Positions 21,649 through 30,735 of a DNA stretch of 64,000 nucleotides are shown in pieces. The stretch is from Clostridia bacterium (GTDB lineage Bacteria > Bacillota > Clostridia > Oscillospirales > RGIG8002). The position numbers and the translations under genes were made by a program. The notes under the pieces are model-generated. The model did not search any database. It saw only the letters and a list, made by a program, of their open reading frames with translations, and was not told the origin of the DNA. How positions within the stretch are numbered: the first letter of the stretch is position 1; each line of letters begins with the position of its first letter. Where the stretch lies: positions 6,710-70,709 of the forward strand of contig JAFZXI010000077.1 in assembly GCA_017616855.1 (NCBI GenBank), in the 5' to 3' direction.

Positions 21649-21672
21649 TAGTTCTTTCTTGGTCATGATATG

Positions 21673-21708
21673 AAAAAAGCCGCCTTCCGGTCCGGAAGGC
21701 GGCTTTCG
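21673..21708. terminator. bidirectional rho-independent terminator
   Basis: 13-bp stem AGCCGCCTTCCGG/CCGGAAGGCGGCT flanked by an A-run and T's, between the convergent lipoprotein gene and lysC. Confidence 0.7.
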
Positions 21709-21725
21709 TATGCGCTTTATTCAGC

Positions 21726-22928
21726 TTACAGCTCGAACTTGTCGTGGATTGCGATGACGGCGCGGTCGGCGTCGTTTTTCGCGATCAGCACCGAGATCTT
21801 TATCTCGCTGGTGGAGATCATCTGGATGTTGATGCCCGCGTCGTAGAGTGCCTCGAACATCCTGGAGGCGACGCCCGCGTGCGTTTCCATTCCGGCGCCG
21901 ACGATGGAGACCTTCGCGACGTCCTTGTCGACGAGGATTTTCTTATCCTTCAGCAGTTCGCTCTCGTGGAGCGCCTCGGCGGCGTAGTCCGCGTCGGCGG
22001 CGCTGACGGTGAAGGTCATGTCCTTCGTGCCTTCGCGGCCTATGGACTGCAGGATGATATCGACGTTGATGTCCTTTCTGCCCAGCAGGTCAAATATACG
22101 GAACGCGATGCCCGGAACGTCCGCGACTCCGACGACGGAGATACGCGCTATGCTCGTGTCTTTTGTTACGCCTTTAATCAGCATTTTTTCCATTTTTGTT
22201 ACCTCCACAACTTTGGTGCCCTTGGCTTTCGTCAAGCTCGATACGACCTCGAGGTTGACGTTGTATTTCTTGGCTATCTCAACGGAACGGTTCTGAAGTA
22301 CCTGCGCTCCGAGCGTCGCGAGCTCGAGCATTTCGTCAAAGCTGATCTCGTCGAGCTTGTGCGCGTTTTTGACGATACGCGGATCGGCGGTGTAAACGCC
22401 GTCGACGTCGGTGTAGATCTGGCAGAGCTCCGCTTTCAGCGCCGCGGCGATCGCGACGGCGGAGGTGTCGCTTCCGCCTCTGCCGAGCGTGGTTATGTTA
22501 TCGTATTTGCTGATGCCCTGGAAGCCGGCGACGATAACGATTTTGTGCTTATCCAGCTCCTCGAGGATGCGCTCGGTGTCGATGTTCTTTATGCCCGCGG
22601 AGCCGTGCTTCGAAGTGGTTTTCACGCCCGCTTGCCAGCCGGTGAGGGAAATGACGGGGTAACCCATCTTTTCGATCGTCATCGCCAGCAGCGCCATCGA
22701 TATCTGCTCTCCGGCGGAAAGCAGGACGTCCATCTCGCGCTTGGAGGGCCTTTCGTTGAGCTCCGCGGCCTTTTCGATGAGGTCGTCTGTCGTGTCGCCC
22801 TGCGCGGAAACGACGACGACTATCGAGTTGCCTTTATCGTATGCCTCTGTGATGATGCCGGCTACGTTCCGCAGGTGGTCGGCGTCCTTGACCGAAGAGC
22901 CGCCGAATTTCTGAACTATTATTGCCAT
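21726..22928 (-). CDS. lysC: aspartate kinase
   Basis: N-terminal KFGGSS motif, amino-acid kinase fold and two C-terminal ACT domains. 400 aa. Confidence 0.93.
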   Translation of the reverse strand: MAIIVQKFGGSSVKDADHLRNVAGIITEAYDKGNSIVVVVSAQGDTTDDLIEKAAELNERPSKREMDVLLSAGEQISMALLAMTIEKMGYPVISLTGWQAGVKTTSKHGSAGIKNIDTERILEELDKHKIVIVAGFQGISKYDNITTLGRGGSDTSAVAIAAALKAELCQIYTDVDGVYTADPRIVKNAHKLDEISFDEMLELATLGAQVLQNRSVEIAKKYNVNLEVVSSLTKAKGTKVVEVTKMEKMLIKGVTKDTSIARISVVGVADVPGIAFRIFDLLGRKDINVDIILQSIGREGTKDMTFTVSAADADYAAEALHESELLKDKKILVDKDVAKVSIVGAGMETHAGVASRMFEALYDAGINIQMISTSEIKISVLIAKNDADRAVIAIHDKFEL

Positions 22929-22948
22929 AAATATTTCTCCTTAACGGT

Positions 22949-24181
22949 TTAAAGGTCTATAACTCGTATGGTCGAGTATACGTCGATGCCTTCGGCTTTC
23001 AGTTGTTCGCATTTTGCCTTCAGTTCGCCCTCGGTCGAGAGGGGAGTGATGAAGGAAAGTTCGGCGTCGCCGTAACCCTCGATATAGTTTACGCTGCCGA
23101 AGACGGAAGCGACAAGCTTCGCGGTCTTTTCGTTGCGCAGGCAGCGGACGTAATAGGAGGTCTGGAACTTGTCAAAGTCTTCTACGCTGCCCTCGATGGC
23201 GTCGGACCAGTAGAGCATCTTGCGCGCGGAAATGTGCTTGACCGCGTCGATGACGTCTGCGACGACGGCGCTCGCCGTCGGCATTTTTCCTGCGCCCCTG
23301 CCGTAGAATATAACGTCGCCGATCGCGTCGCCCTTGACGAGTATCGCGTTGAAGACGTCGTCAACGTGCGAGAGCTGCGAGACCTTATTGAGTATGCAGG
23401 GGGCGACGAATATCTGCACCTTGCCGTTTTCGAGGCGGGACGCCGCGGCGATGAGTTTTATCACGCCGCCGAAGCTTTTCGCGGCTTCAACGTCTTTCAG
23501 AGATATATTCCTGATGCCCTCGGTGTAGACCTTGTCGGGGTAGATGTGGTGGCCGAAGGCGAGGGAAGCGAGAATGCATATCTTACGGCAGCTGTCCGCG
23601 CCGTCAACGTCGGCGGAGGGGTTGCGCTCGGCGTAGCCGAGCTCCTGCGCGTTGGCGAGGGCGGTCTCGAATGAGATGCCGTCGGTGATCATCTTCGTCA
23701 GTATGTAGTTCGTCGTGCCGTTGAGTATGCCGGCGATCTCGAAAAGCTCGTTAGCGGAGAGACACTGGCTCAGCGGGCGGATTATCGGAATGCCGCCGCC
23801 GACGCTCGCTTCAAACAGGAAGTTGAGGTTGTTGTCTTTGGCGAGCTTAAGCAGCTCCGCACCGTGCGTCGCGACGAGCTCTTTGTTTGAGGTGACGACG
23901 CTTTTGCCGTTTTCAAGGCAGCGCTTGACGTAGGAGTAAGAAGGATTCAGTCCGCCTATGACCTCGACAACGACGGCGACTTCGGGATCGTTGACGATCT
24001 TTTCGAAATCCTTAGTGAAGCGGTCGGCGAGAGGATGGTCGGGGAAGTCGCGTATGTCGAGAATGTACTTGATGTCAAGTTCCATACCCGCCTTGCGCTC
24101 GATACTTGTTCTGTTTTTAATGAACAGCTCGGTGACTCCTGAGCCGACCGTGCCGTGTCCGAGAACGGCTATGTATTTCAT
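22949..24181 (-). CDS. hom: homoserine dehydrogenase
   Basis: N-terminal NAD-binding motif (LGHGTVGSG), the homoserine dehydrogenase catalytic domain and a C-terminal ACT-like domain. Lies upstream of lysC on the same strand. Confidence 0.93.
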   Translation of the reverse strand: MKYIAVLGHGTVGSGVTELFIKNRTSIERKAGMELDIKYILDIRDFPDHPLADRFTKDFEKIVNDPEVAVVVEVIGGLNPSYSYVKRCLENGKSVVTSNKELVATHGAELLKLAKDNNLNFLFEASVGGGIPIIRPLSQCLSANELFEIAGILNGTTNYILTKMITDGISFETALANAQELGYAERNPSADVDGADSCRKICILASLAFGHHIYPDKVYTEGIRNISLKDVEAAKSFGGVIKLIAAASRLENGKVQIFVAPCILNKVSQLSHVDDVFNAILVKGDAIGDVIFYGRGAGKMPTASAVVADVIDAVKHISARKMLYWSDAIEGSVEDFDKFQTSYYVRCLRNEKTAKLVASVFGSVNYIEGYGDAELSFITPLSTEGELKAKCEQLKAEGIDVYSTIRVIDL

Positions 24182-24214
24182 GGCGTGCCTCTTTCAAAAT
24201 TATTTCGACTATAT

Positions 24215-24243
24215 ATTCTAACACAAACGAGGTGTGTTTGCAA
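24215..24243 (-). promoter_or_regulatory. sigma-A-type promoter for hom-lysC
   Basis: Minus strand reads TTGCAA, 17 nt, then TGtTAGAAT. Confidence 0.5.
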
Positions 24244-24363
24244 TTCTTTTTTTACCGTTTTTTGCCGATAAGGCAACATTTTTTCGCGCGCAATCGTTAT
24301 ATATTATGCTTGCGCTTTCGGTTTATTTGTGTTATAATTCTTTTCAGCGAAGGGAGCGGTATT

Positions 24364-25374
24364 ATGGCGCAGCATGCACATGCCAAAAAGCTGAATTACA
24401 GGAATATTATCCTCGCGGGCATCATAGTGGTTCTTATCATTGTTTTGGTGGTGCTTATAGTGTCGAGTTTAGGTAAAAAGACGCCCGAACCCGCGCCGAC
24501 TGTTCCTGACGCTTCCTCTGTTGCGGACGGTAGCAGCGTCTACGGCAGCGAGGTCAGCAGCGAGGAAATAAGCAGTTCCGAGGAGAGCAGCGAAGAAAGC
24601 AGTTCGAGCGCTCCGAGCTCGTCCGAAAGCTCGAGCAGCAAGCCGGAGAGTTCGTCATCTTCCGGAGGCACAACGACGCCGACGGGCAATTATGCCGCTA
24701 TGCCTGAGACTCCGTATAACTACGACACGACCGGCAAGACCGTCCGCAACGCGTTCGACGCCAACGGTGAGATCGACCTGCTTTTCCCGATCAACTCCAC
24801 CTATTATATCACCAGAAACTTCAAGGCGGCTAAGCTTGAGACCGTCGACGGCGACTATAAGATGGACTACCGCGCCGCGCCTCATTGCCGTGATATGCTC
24901 GCAGCGATGCGCTCCGAGCTGAACAGCAAGATAAGAGCGTTTTCGACATACCGTTCCTATTCCTATCAGGAAGGCAACTTCCAGCGCAAGGTCAATAAGC
25001 TTATGAATAAGGGCTACAGTAAGACCGACGCTTACAACACCGCCGCAACGATCGTCGCCATTCCCGGAACGAGCGAACATCAGCTCGGTCTTGCAATAGA
25101 CGTTTATATCGATTCGCTTTATAACAAATACGGCGAGCTCAACGAGCATTTCGAAGAAACGGATGAATACAAATGGCTGCAGGAGCACGCGTGGGAATAC
25201 GGTTTCATCCTGAGCTATCCGAAGGATAAGATAAAGGATACCGGCATTATCTACGAGCCGTGGCATTACCGCTACGTCGGCGTGGAAAACGCAAAGACGA
25301 TACGCGACAGCGGCATGCTGCTCGTGCAGTGGCTCGAATCGCAGAACATAGTCTACGTTTATAACGGCAATTGA
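24364..25374 (+). CDS. VanY-type D-alanyl-D-alanine carboxypeptidase (peptidase M15B), membrane anchored
   Basis: Start moved to MAQHAHAKK (GAAGGGAG upstream). N-terminal TM, Ser/Glu-rich linker, and zinc-peptidase motifs SEHQLGLAIDV and EPWHYRYVG. Confidence 0.8.
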   Translation: MAQHAHAKKLNYRNIILAGIIVVLIIVLVVLIVSSLGKKTPEPAPTVPDASSVADGSSVYGSEVSSEEISSSEESSEESSSSAPSSSESSSSKPESSSSSGGTTTPTGNYAAMPETPYNYDTTGKTVRNAFDANGEIDLLFPINSTYYITRNFKAAKLETVDGDYKMDYRAAPHCRDMLAAMRSELNSKIRAFSTYRSYSYQEGNFQRKVNKLMNKGYSKTDAYNTAATIVAIPGTSEHQLGLAIDVYIDSLYNKYGELNEHFEETDEYKWLQEHAWEYGFILSYPKDKIKDTGIIYEPWHYRYVGVENAKTIRDSGMLLVQWLESQNIVYVYNGN

Positions 25375-25396
25375 CGCATATACCGAATAATACGCT

Positions 25397-25433
25397 CCTC
25401 CGCGGCATAGATTGTCGCGGAGGATTCTTTTTT
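25397..25433 (+). terminator. rho-independent terminator after the VanY-type gene
   Basis: CCTCCGCG…CGCGGAGG stem followed by ATTCTTTTTT. Confidence 0.65.
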
Positions 25434-25448
25434 ATTCGGGGTGAGCGT

Positions 25449-26234
25449 ATGTTCGTAAAAACGGTAAAAATAAAGTCGGCGGCGGTGATAATAGCGGTTT
25501 TGAGTTTGGTTCTGGTTTGCTGCATCTGCGCCGGAAGCGTTGCGGCCGTCAGGACCGCGGCGGCGAAAAAGGAGCTGCCTATCTACAGCGTCGAACGCGG
25601 CGACAATAAGGTCGCCATCAGCTTCGATGCCGCGTGGGGGAATGAGCAGACCGCCGCGCTTATCGACATTCTCGGCAGGTACGGCGTAAAAACGACCTTC
25701 TTTGTCGTCGGCTCATGGGTGGATAAGTATCCGGAGTCCGTCAAGGCGCTCGACGCCGCGGGTCACGAGGTGATGAACCACTCCAACACGCACCCGCACC
25801 TTACGCGGCTTGACGTTGCCGGTATCGAAAAAGAGATCAACCTCTGCGCAGCGAAGATCGAAAGCGTGATAGGCAAGCGGCCGGATCTGCTTCGCCCGCC
25901 ATACGGCGATTATAACGACACGGTAATCAAAACGATCCGCCGGCTCGGCGTTTATCCGATCCAATGGGACGTGGACAGTCTCGACTGGAAGGGCATTTCC
26001 GCCGAACGCATAACCGAGCGCGTGCTCGGAGGCGTCAAAGACGGCTCGATCGTGCTGTTCCACAACGGCGGAGAGCATACCGCGGAGGCGCTTCCCGCCG
26101 TAATCGAAGGACTGCAAAGCAAGGGCTATGAGATCGTGCCGGTTTCGCAGTTGATTCTTCGCGAGAACTACATGATCGATCACACCGGCAGGCAAAAACC
26201 GGAGCAATACGTGAATAGCGTCTCAGAAAGCTGA
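25449..26234 (+). CDS. polysaccharide deacetylase (NodB homology domain), membrane/secreted
   Basis: Start set at MFVKTVKIK. N-terminal TM/signal, and NodB motifs (ISFDAAWG, HEVMNHSNTHPH, LLRPPYGDYN). Confidence 0.85.
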   Translation: MFVKTVKIKSAAVIIAVLSLVLVCCICAGSVAAVRTAAAKKELPIYSVERGDNKVAISFDAAWGNEQTAALIDILGRYGVKTTFFVVGSWVDKYPESVKALDAAGHEVMNHSNTHPHLTRLDVAGIEKEINLCAAKIESVIGKRPDLLRPPYGDYNDTVIKTIRRLGVYPIQWDVDSLDWKGISAERITERVLGGVKDGSIVLFHNGGEHTAEALPAVIEGLQSKGYEIVPVSQLILRENYMIDHTGRQKPEQYVNSVSES

Positions 26235-26265
26235 CAATAATACCTTCGGAAAGGTCGGTGGAAGC

Positions 26266-26823
26266 GTGAGGGTGATATCTGCGTCCGGAGGCGGCCGCGA
26301 AAGCGTGATAAGCGGAGTAGCCGCAGGACTTCGCAGAGCGGAGGTTTCGTTTTGTCGGGTATCACATAACGGGTGCGAGTGCTTCCTGCGCGGACGCCGC
26401 GGCGTCGGGTCCGCAATTGACGATGCCGGAGATGCGTACGGAGGCGAAATGCCCGTTTTGCTCGCATCCGCCGACCGTATCCCTTTTTTGCGCGGCTTCG
26501 ACGAAGCGGTCATCGTGCTTTGCGGCGGCGTTTCGGAGCCGGCGGAGTTCGACGGCAGAGCGTACGTCGTTACGGACGGCGAGAGGGAAGTGCCGGCGGG
26601 GTTAAAGCGATTTCCGCTGATTTCCTGCGGCATGAGCGCGAAAGATACCGTGACCTTTTCGAGCTTGCGCAGGGACGGAGGCATGATATGCCTTCAAAGG
26701 CAGATAACGACGTTTTCCGGCAGGATTGCCGAGCCGCAGGAGTATCATTTTGAGCGGTTCGGAAGCGAAGCGTTCCCGACGCTCGCGGCGTTTACGGTGT
26801 TATTGCTCTGCGACTGCGTTTGA
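26266..26823 (+). CDS. hypothetical protein
   Basis: GTG-initiated 185-aa ORF with genome-typical codon choice, followed by terminator 26827-26849. No motif I can name, and antisense ORFs of similar length exist. Confidence 0.4.
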   Translation: MRVISASGGGRESVISGVAAGLRRAEVSFCRVSHNGCECFLRGRRGVGSAIDDAGDAYGGEMPVLLASADRIPFLRGFDEAVIVLCGGVSEPAEFDGRAYVVTDGEREVPAGLKRFPLISCGMSAKDTVTFSSLRRDGGMICLQRQITTFSGRIAEPQEYHFERFGSEAFPTLAAFTVLLLCDCV

Positions 26824-26826
26824 TAT

Positions 26827-26849
26827 AAGGCGGCATTGCCGCCTTTTTT
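26827..26849 (+). terminator. rho-independent terminator
   Basis: AAGGCGGC-attg-GCCGCCTT followed by TTTT. Confidence 0.7.
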
Positions 26850-26916
26850 GTTTATCTTTACTTTTTCATGCTGAGGTGCTATAATAGAATCAAATCAATG
26901 AAGGGACGGCAATCAT

Positions 26917-27570
26917 ATGGACAGAAAAGAGATTCTTTCGATGGTGGACCACACCCTGTTAAAGCAAGGCGCGCGCCTTGAAGATATCAAAAAGCTGATA
27001 GACGAAGGCATCGAATACGGCACCGCGTCCGTTTGTATTCCTCCGTATTACGTGAAGGCCGCGGCTGAATACGCCGACGGACGTATCCCGATTTGTACCG
27101 TCATAGGATTTCCCAACGGATATTCAGTAGTCGCCGCGAAAGCGTGCGAGGCGATAGAGGCGATCTCGTCGGGCGCGTCGGAGATTGACACGGTGATAAA
27201 TATCTGCATGGTGAAAAACGGCGCCTATGATGAACTCCTTTCCGAACTAAAAATTCTCCGCAGAGTGTGCGAGGATAAGATACTGAAGGTCATTATCGAG
27301 ACCTGCCTGCTGACCGATGAGGAAAAGATCGAGATGTGCCGCGTCGTATCCGAATCCGGCGCCGACTTCATCAAGACCTCCACCGGCTTCGGCGGCGGCG
27401 GAGCGACCGTCGAAGACGTAGTGCTCATGCGCAAATACTGCGCCAATCACGTCAAAATCAAGGCGTCCGGCGGTATCCGCTCCTTCGAGGACGCCGAGAA
27501 GATGATAGAAGCAGGCGCGTCGCGCCTCGGCACGAGCTCGCTCGTGAAGATCTGCGTGGAGGAGAAATAA
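26917..27570 (+). CDS. deoC: deoxyribose-phosphate aldolase
   Basis: DeoC family with the Schiff-base Lys region (…DFIKTSTGF…) and the conserved …VKASGGIR… motif. Precedes deoB. Confidence 0.93.
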   Translation: MDRKEILSMVDHTLLKQGARLEDIKKLIDEGIEYGTASVCIPPYYVKAAAEYADGRIPICTVIGFPNGYSVVAAKACEAIEAISSGASEIDTVINICMVKNGAYDELLSELKILRRVCEDKILKVIIETCLLTDEEKIEMCRVVSESGADFIKTSTGFGGGGATVEDVVLMRKYCANHVKIKASGGIRSFEDAEKMIEAGASRLGTSSLVKICVEEK

Positions 27571-28686
27571 ATGAAACGTGTATTTCTGATCGTCCTTGAC
27601 AGCTTCGGCATAGGGAACGCCCCGGACGCCGCCGATTTCGGCGACAATGGCGCGAATACGATCAAGACGGTTTCGGCTTCGCCGAAGTTTGCGACGCCGA
27701 ATATGCGCCGTTTCGGGCTTTTCAATATCGACGGCGTTGAGTGCGGCGAAAAGGAAAAGAATCCGACCGCGGCATACGGGCGTTACTTCGAGCTTTCAAA
27801 GGGCAAGGATACCGTCAGCGGTCACTGGGAGATCGCCGGCATCGTTTCCGAAAAGCCGATGCCGACCTATCCGGACGGCTTTCCGCCTGAGGTCATCTCC
27901 GAGTTCGAGCGCCTGACCGGCAGGAAGGCGATCGTCAACAAGCCGTATTCCGGCACGCAGGTAATCGCCGAATACGGAAAAGAGCACGTCGATACCGGCG
28001 CGCTTATCGTTTACACTTCCGCGGACAGCGTCTTCCAGATTGCCGCGCATGAGGATGTCGTACCGCTCGAGCAGCTTTACGAATACTGCCGCATCGCGAG
28101 GAAGATGCTGACGGGCGAACACGCCGTCGGCAGAGTAATCGCGCGCCCCTTTGTCGGCACTGAGGGAAATTACACGCGCACGCCTAACCGCCACGACTTC
28201 GCGCTTCTGCCGCCGGAACCGACGATGCTCGACGATATCAAAGCGGCGGGCAAAGACGTCATCGCCGTCGGCAAGATCAACGACATCTTCGCCGGCAGCG
28301 GCGTCACCGAAGCGATCCCGACCAAGGGGAACACCGACGGAATGGCAAAAACGCTCGCGATAGCCGACCGCGATTTCGACGGGCTGTGCTTCGTCAACCT
28401 CGTAGACTTCGATATGCTTTACGGCCACCGCAACGACGTCGACGGCTACGCCGCCGCGCTGACGGAATTCGATAACTGGCTCGACGATTTCCTGCCAAAG
28501 ATGCGCAAGGACGACGTGCTTATGATAACCGCCGACCACGGCTGCGATCCCGGCTATCCCGGCACCGATCACACCCGCGAAGCAATCCCGCTGCTTATGT
28601 TCGGTGAGACTGTCGCTCCGCGCAACATGGGCACAAGCTCCGGATTCAACGGCATCGCAAAGCTCGTGAAGGATTATTTGAAGTGA
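27571..28686 (+). CDS. deoB: phosphopentomutase
   Basis: N-terminus MKRVFLIVLDSFGIG and the metal-binding regions (…LVDFDMLYGHRND…, …ITADHGCDP…) are typical of DeoB. ATG immediately follows the deoC stop. Confidence 0.9.
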   Translation: MKRVFLIVLDSFGIGNAPDAADFGDNGANTIKTVSASPKFATPNMRRFGLFNIDGVECGEKEKNPTAAYGRYFELSKGKDTVSGHWEIAGIVSEKPMPTYPDGFPPEVISEFERLTGRKAIVNKPYSGTQVIAEYGKEHVDTGALIVYTSADSVFQIAAHEDVVPLEQLYEYCRIARKMLTGEHAVGRVIARPFVGTEGNYTRTPNRHDFALLPPEPTMLDDIKAAGKDVIAVGKINDIFAGSGVTEAIPTKGNTDGMAKTLAIADRDFDGLCFVNLVDFDMLYGHRNDVDGYAAALTEFDNWLDDFLPKMRKDDVLMITADHGCDPGYPGTDHTREAIPLLMFGETVAPRNMGTSSGFNGIAKLVKDYLK

Positions 28687-28717
28687 TCTTATGTGGATAC
28701 AAAATAGGAGGGTAAAA

Positions 28718-29260
28718 ATGCCTAAATCGACGAAATGGTTTATTGTGTTTTTGGTATTTGGATTCCTGATAATTGCGGGTATAGTGGTATACTTATATAT
28801 GGACGCTCATCCCGATCATTCGGATGAAATTGCACTTCTTAAGAGGCCCGATGGACAGATTGGTACTTCGTGGATTTCAAAAGACGGCTCAATTACTTTC
28901 ACGATTTACGAGAATCAGCCATTTAAAATAAAAACCGCTAATGGGGACTATGTTTATTGTATGGGCGGATCGGCTGCAATCGGTAAATTAAAAACAGAAA
29001 ATACGGAAATCGATATTCAAGTCGATTTCGGACATATGATTTATGATTTTTATATATACGAATATAATCCGGAGGAAGATTCGCTGACAGATGATGATGA
29101 TGATGATGGAATCCCGAATTTCATATCATCAGATTCACAGCTATTGATGAGCGGAACCGCTTCTTATGAGGATAAAGCATTTACTGTTACAGTTGAAGAA
29201 AGCACCCTCTTTAATAGCGGAGAGATAATTGTATTTGAAAAAATAGAAAACGGAGAGTAG
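28718..29260 (+). CDS. AT-rich orphan membrane-anchored protein
   Basis: Start set at MPKSTKW (AGGAGGG upstream). N-terminal TM (FIVFLVFGFLIIAGIVVYLY). Contains a (GAT)6 run encoding DDDDDD. No recognisable domain. Confidence 0.6.
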   Translation: MPKSTKWFIVFLVFGFLIIAGIVVYLYMDAHPDHSDEIALLKRPDGQIGTSWISKDGSITFTIYENQPFKIKTANGDYVYCMGGSAAIGKLKTENTEIDIQVDFGHMIYDFYIYEYNPEEDSLTDDDDDDGIPNFISSDSQLLMSGTASYEDKAFTVTVEESTLFNSGEIIVFEKIENGE

Positions 29261-29279
29261 CGCACCGCAAAGGATGGCA

Positions 29280-29318
29280 AAAGAAACGCCGTTCGCTTTT
29301 TTGCGAACGGCGTTTTCG
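29280..29318. terminator. bidirectional rho-independent terminator
   Basis: 12-bp stem AACGCCGTTCGC/GCGAACGGCGTT with a TTTTTT loop and flanking A/T runs, between convergent genes. Confidence 0.7.
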
Positions 29319-29330
29319 TATGCGTATTTA

Positions 29331-30605
29331 TCATACCTTTGCGCCTCTCGAAGAGGTCTTGCCTTCGGTTTCGATCTCGCCGGCTTTCATAAGCGCGTTC
29401 TTTGTCAGCAGCGGGCCGACGAGTTCGTATATCAGCACCGCGAAAAGCACGATATTGCGTATCAGCAATCCGTCCTCGTCGCCGAGCTGCATCGCGGTAA
29501 CGGACATTCCGAGCGCGACGCCGGCCTGCGGCAGCAGCGTGATGCCGAGATGCTTCTTCGTGTTTTCGTCGCAATGCATCGCGCTTGCGCTGAAATACGT
29601 GCCGATATATTTGCCTGCCGAGCGGAAAATGATGAAAAGCAGTCCGATCAGTATGACGGCGACGTCCGCAAAGACGGATAGCTTCAGCTCTGCGCCGGAA
29701 ACGACGAAGAATATGATGAAAAGCGGCGCGGTCCAGCGGTCGCAGCGCTCCATAAGCTCCTCGGAAAAGTCGCAGAGGTTGCAGAACACCGTGCCGAGCA
29801 TCATGCAGGTCAGAAGCGATGAGAAGCCGAAATGCACTCCGCCTATCTCAAACTTAAGCATTGAAATGCCGACTGTTATGAAAACGAAGGTTATCGCGAG
29901 CGAAAGACGCTTCGAGCGCGAGTGGAAGAAGCGTTCGAGAAATGTCAGCAGCAAACTCATCAGCGTGCCGAGCAGGAGCGAGCAGACAATCTCGATAAAG
30001 GGTTCGACCGCAATCGACATCACGTCCGGCGTGCCTGTTTGCAGCGCACGCGCGATTCCGAATGAAACGGAGAAAATCACAAGTCCGACTGCGTCGTCGA
30101 GCGCGACGATGGGAAGCAGCAGGGAAGTCAGCGGTCCCTTCGCCTTATACTGACGGACGACCATCAGCGTCGCGGCGGGCGCCGTCGCTGAAGCGATAGC
30201 GCCGAGCGTCAGCGCCGCCGAAAGAGATATTTTATCCGGCATTATCAAATGCAAAACGATGAGCGCAACGTCGACGAAAATCGTCGCGACAAGCGCCTGG
30301 ACTATACCGATTACCGTCGCCTGCTTGCCCGTCTGCTTCAGCGATGAAAGGCGGAACTCATTTCCTATCGCGAAAGCGATAAACCCGAGCGCGACGTCGG
30401 AGATGATGCCGAGCGATTCCATCTGTGCGTCGCCGGAAAAACCGACGCCGGGGATGCCGAGCGCTCCGATGCAGAACGGCCCGAGCAGCACGCCTGCGAC
30501 GAGATACGCTGTGACGGCGGGGAGCTGCAGAATCTTAGCGAGACGCGACATCAGCAGTCCTGCGAGAACGGCAATCCCTATATTCAAAAGCAATGAAACT
30601 TCCAT
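29331..30605 (-). CDS. cation:proton antiporter (CPA/Na+-H+ exchanger family)
   Basis: A polytopic membrane protein of ~12 TM with Sodium/hydrogen-exchanger family character. Start set at MEVSLLLNIG (ATG 30605). Confidence 0.85.
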   Translation of the reverse strand: MEVSLLLNIGIAVLAGLLMSRLAKILQLPAVTAYLVAGVLLGPFCIGALGIPGVGFSGDAQMESLGIISDVALGFIAFAIGNEFRLSSLKQTGKQATVIGIVQALVATIFVDVALIVLHLIMPDKISLSAALTLGAIASATAPAATLMVVRQYKAKGPLTSLLLPIVALDDAVGLVIFSVSFGIARALQTGTPDVMSIAVEPFIEIVCSLLLGTLMSLLLTFLERFFHSRSKRLSLAITFVFITVGISMLKFEIGGVHFGFSSLLTCMMLGTVFCNLCDFSEELMERCDRWTAPLFIIFFVVSGAELKLSVFADVAVILIGLLFIIFRSAGKYIGTYFSASAMHCDENTKKHLGITLLPQAGVALGMSVTAMQLGDEDGLLIRNIVLFAVLIYELVGPLLTKNALMKAGEIETEGKTSSRGAKV

Positions 30606-30684
30606 AATATCCTCTTTTCTTACGCGCCGAATGCGCACAAGTGTTTATTATAGTACGTTTTCCTGATTTTGCAAGAGTTTTTTG

Positions 30685-30720
30685 ATAAAAAAATCCGCGC
30701 ACGGCTTTCCGTGCGCGGAA
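30685..30720 (-). terminator. rho-independent terminator after the HMA-HAD operon
   Basis: 11-bp stem TCCGCGCACGG/CCGTGCGCGGA followed by a T-run on the minus strand. Confidence 0.65.
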
Positions 30721-30735
30721 GTGTGTATTACGGCG

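Noticed and set aside
24182-24363. Lysine (L-box) riboswitch upstream of hom-lysC or lysA.
   Set aside because: The hom leader is short, starting just after a TTGCAA-17-TAGAAT promoter. lysA follows engB with a 1-nt gap. No L-box-like conserved stems were seen.
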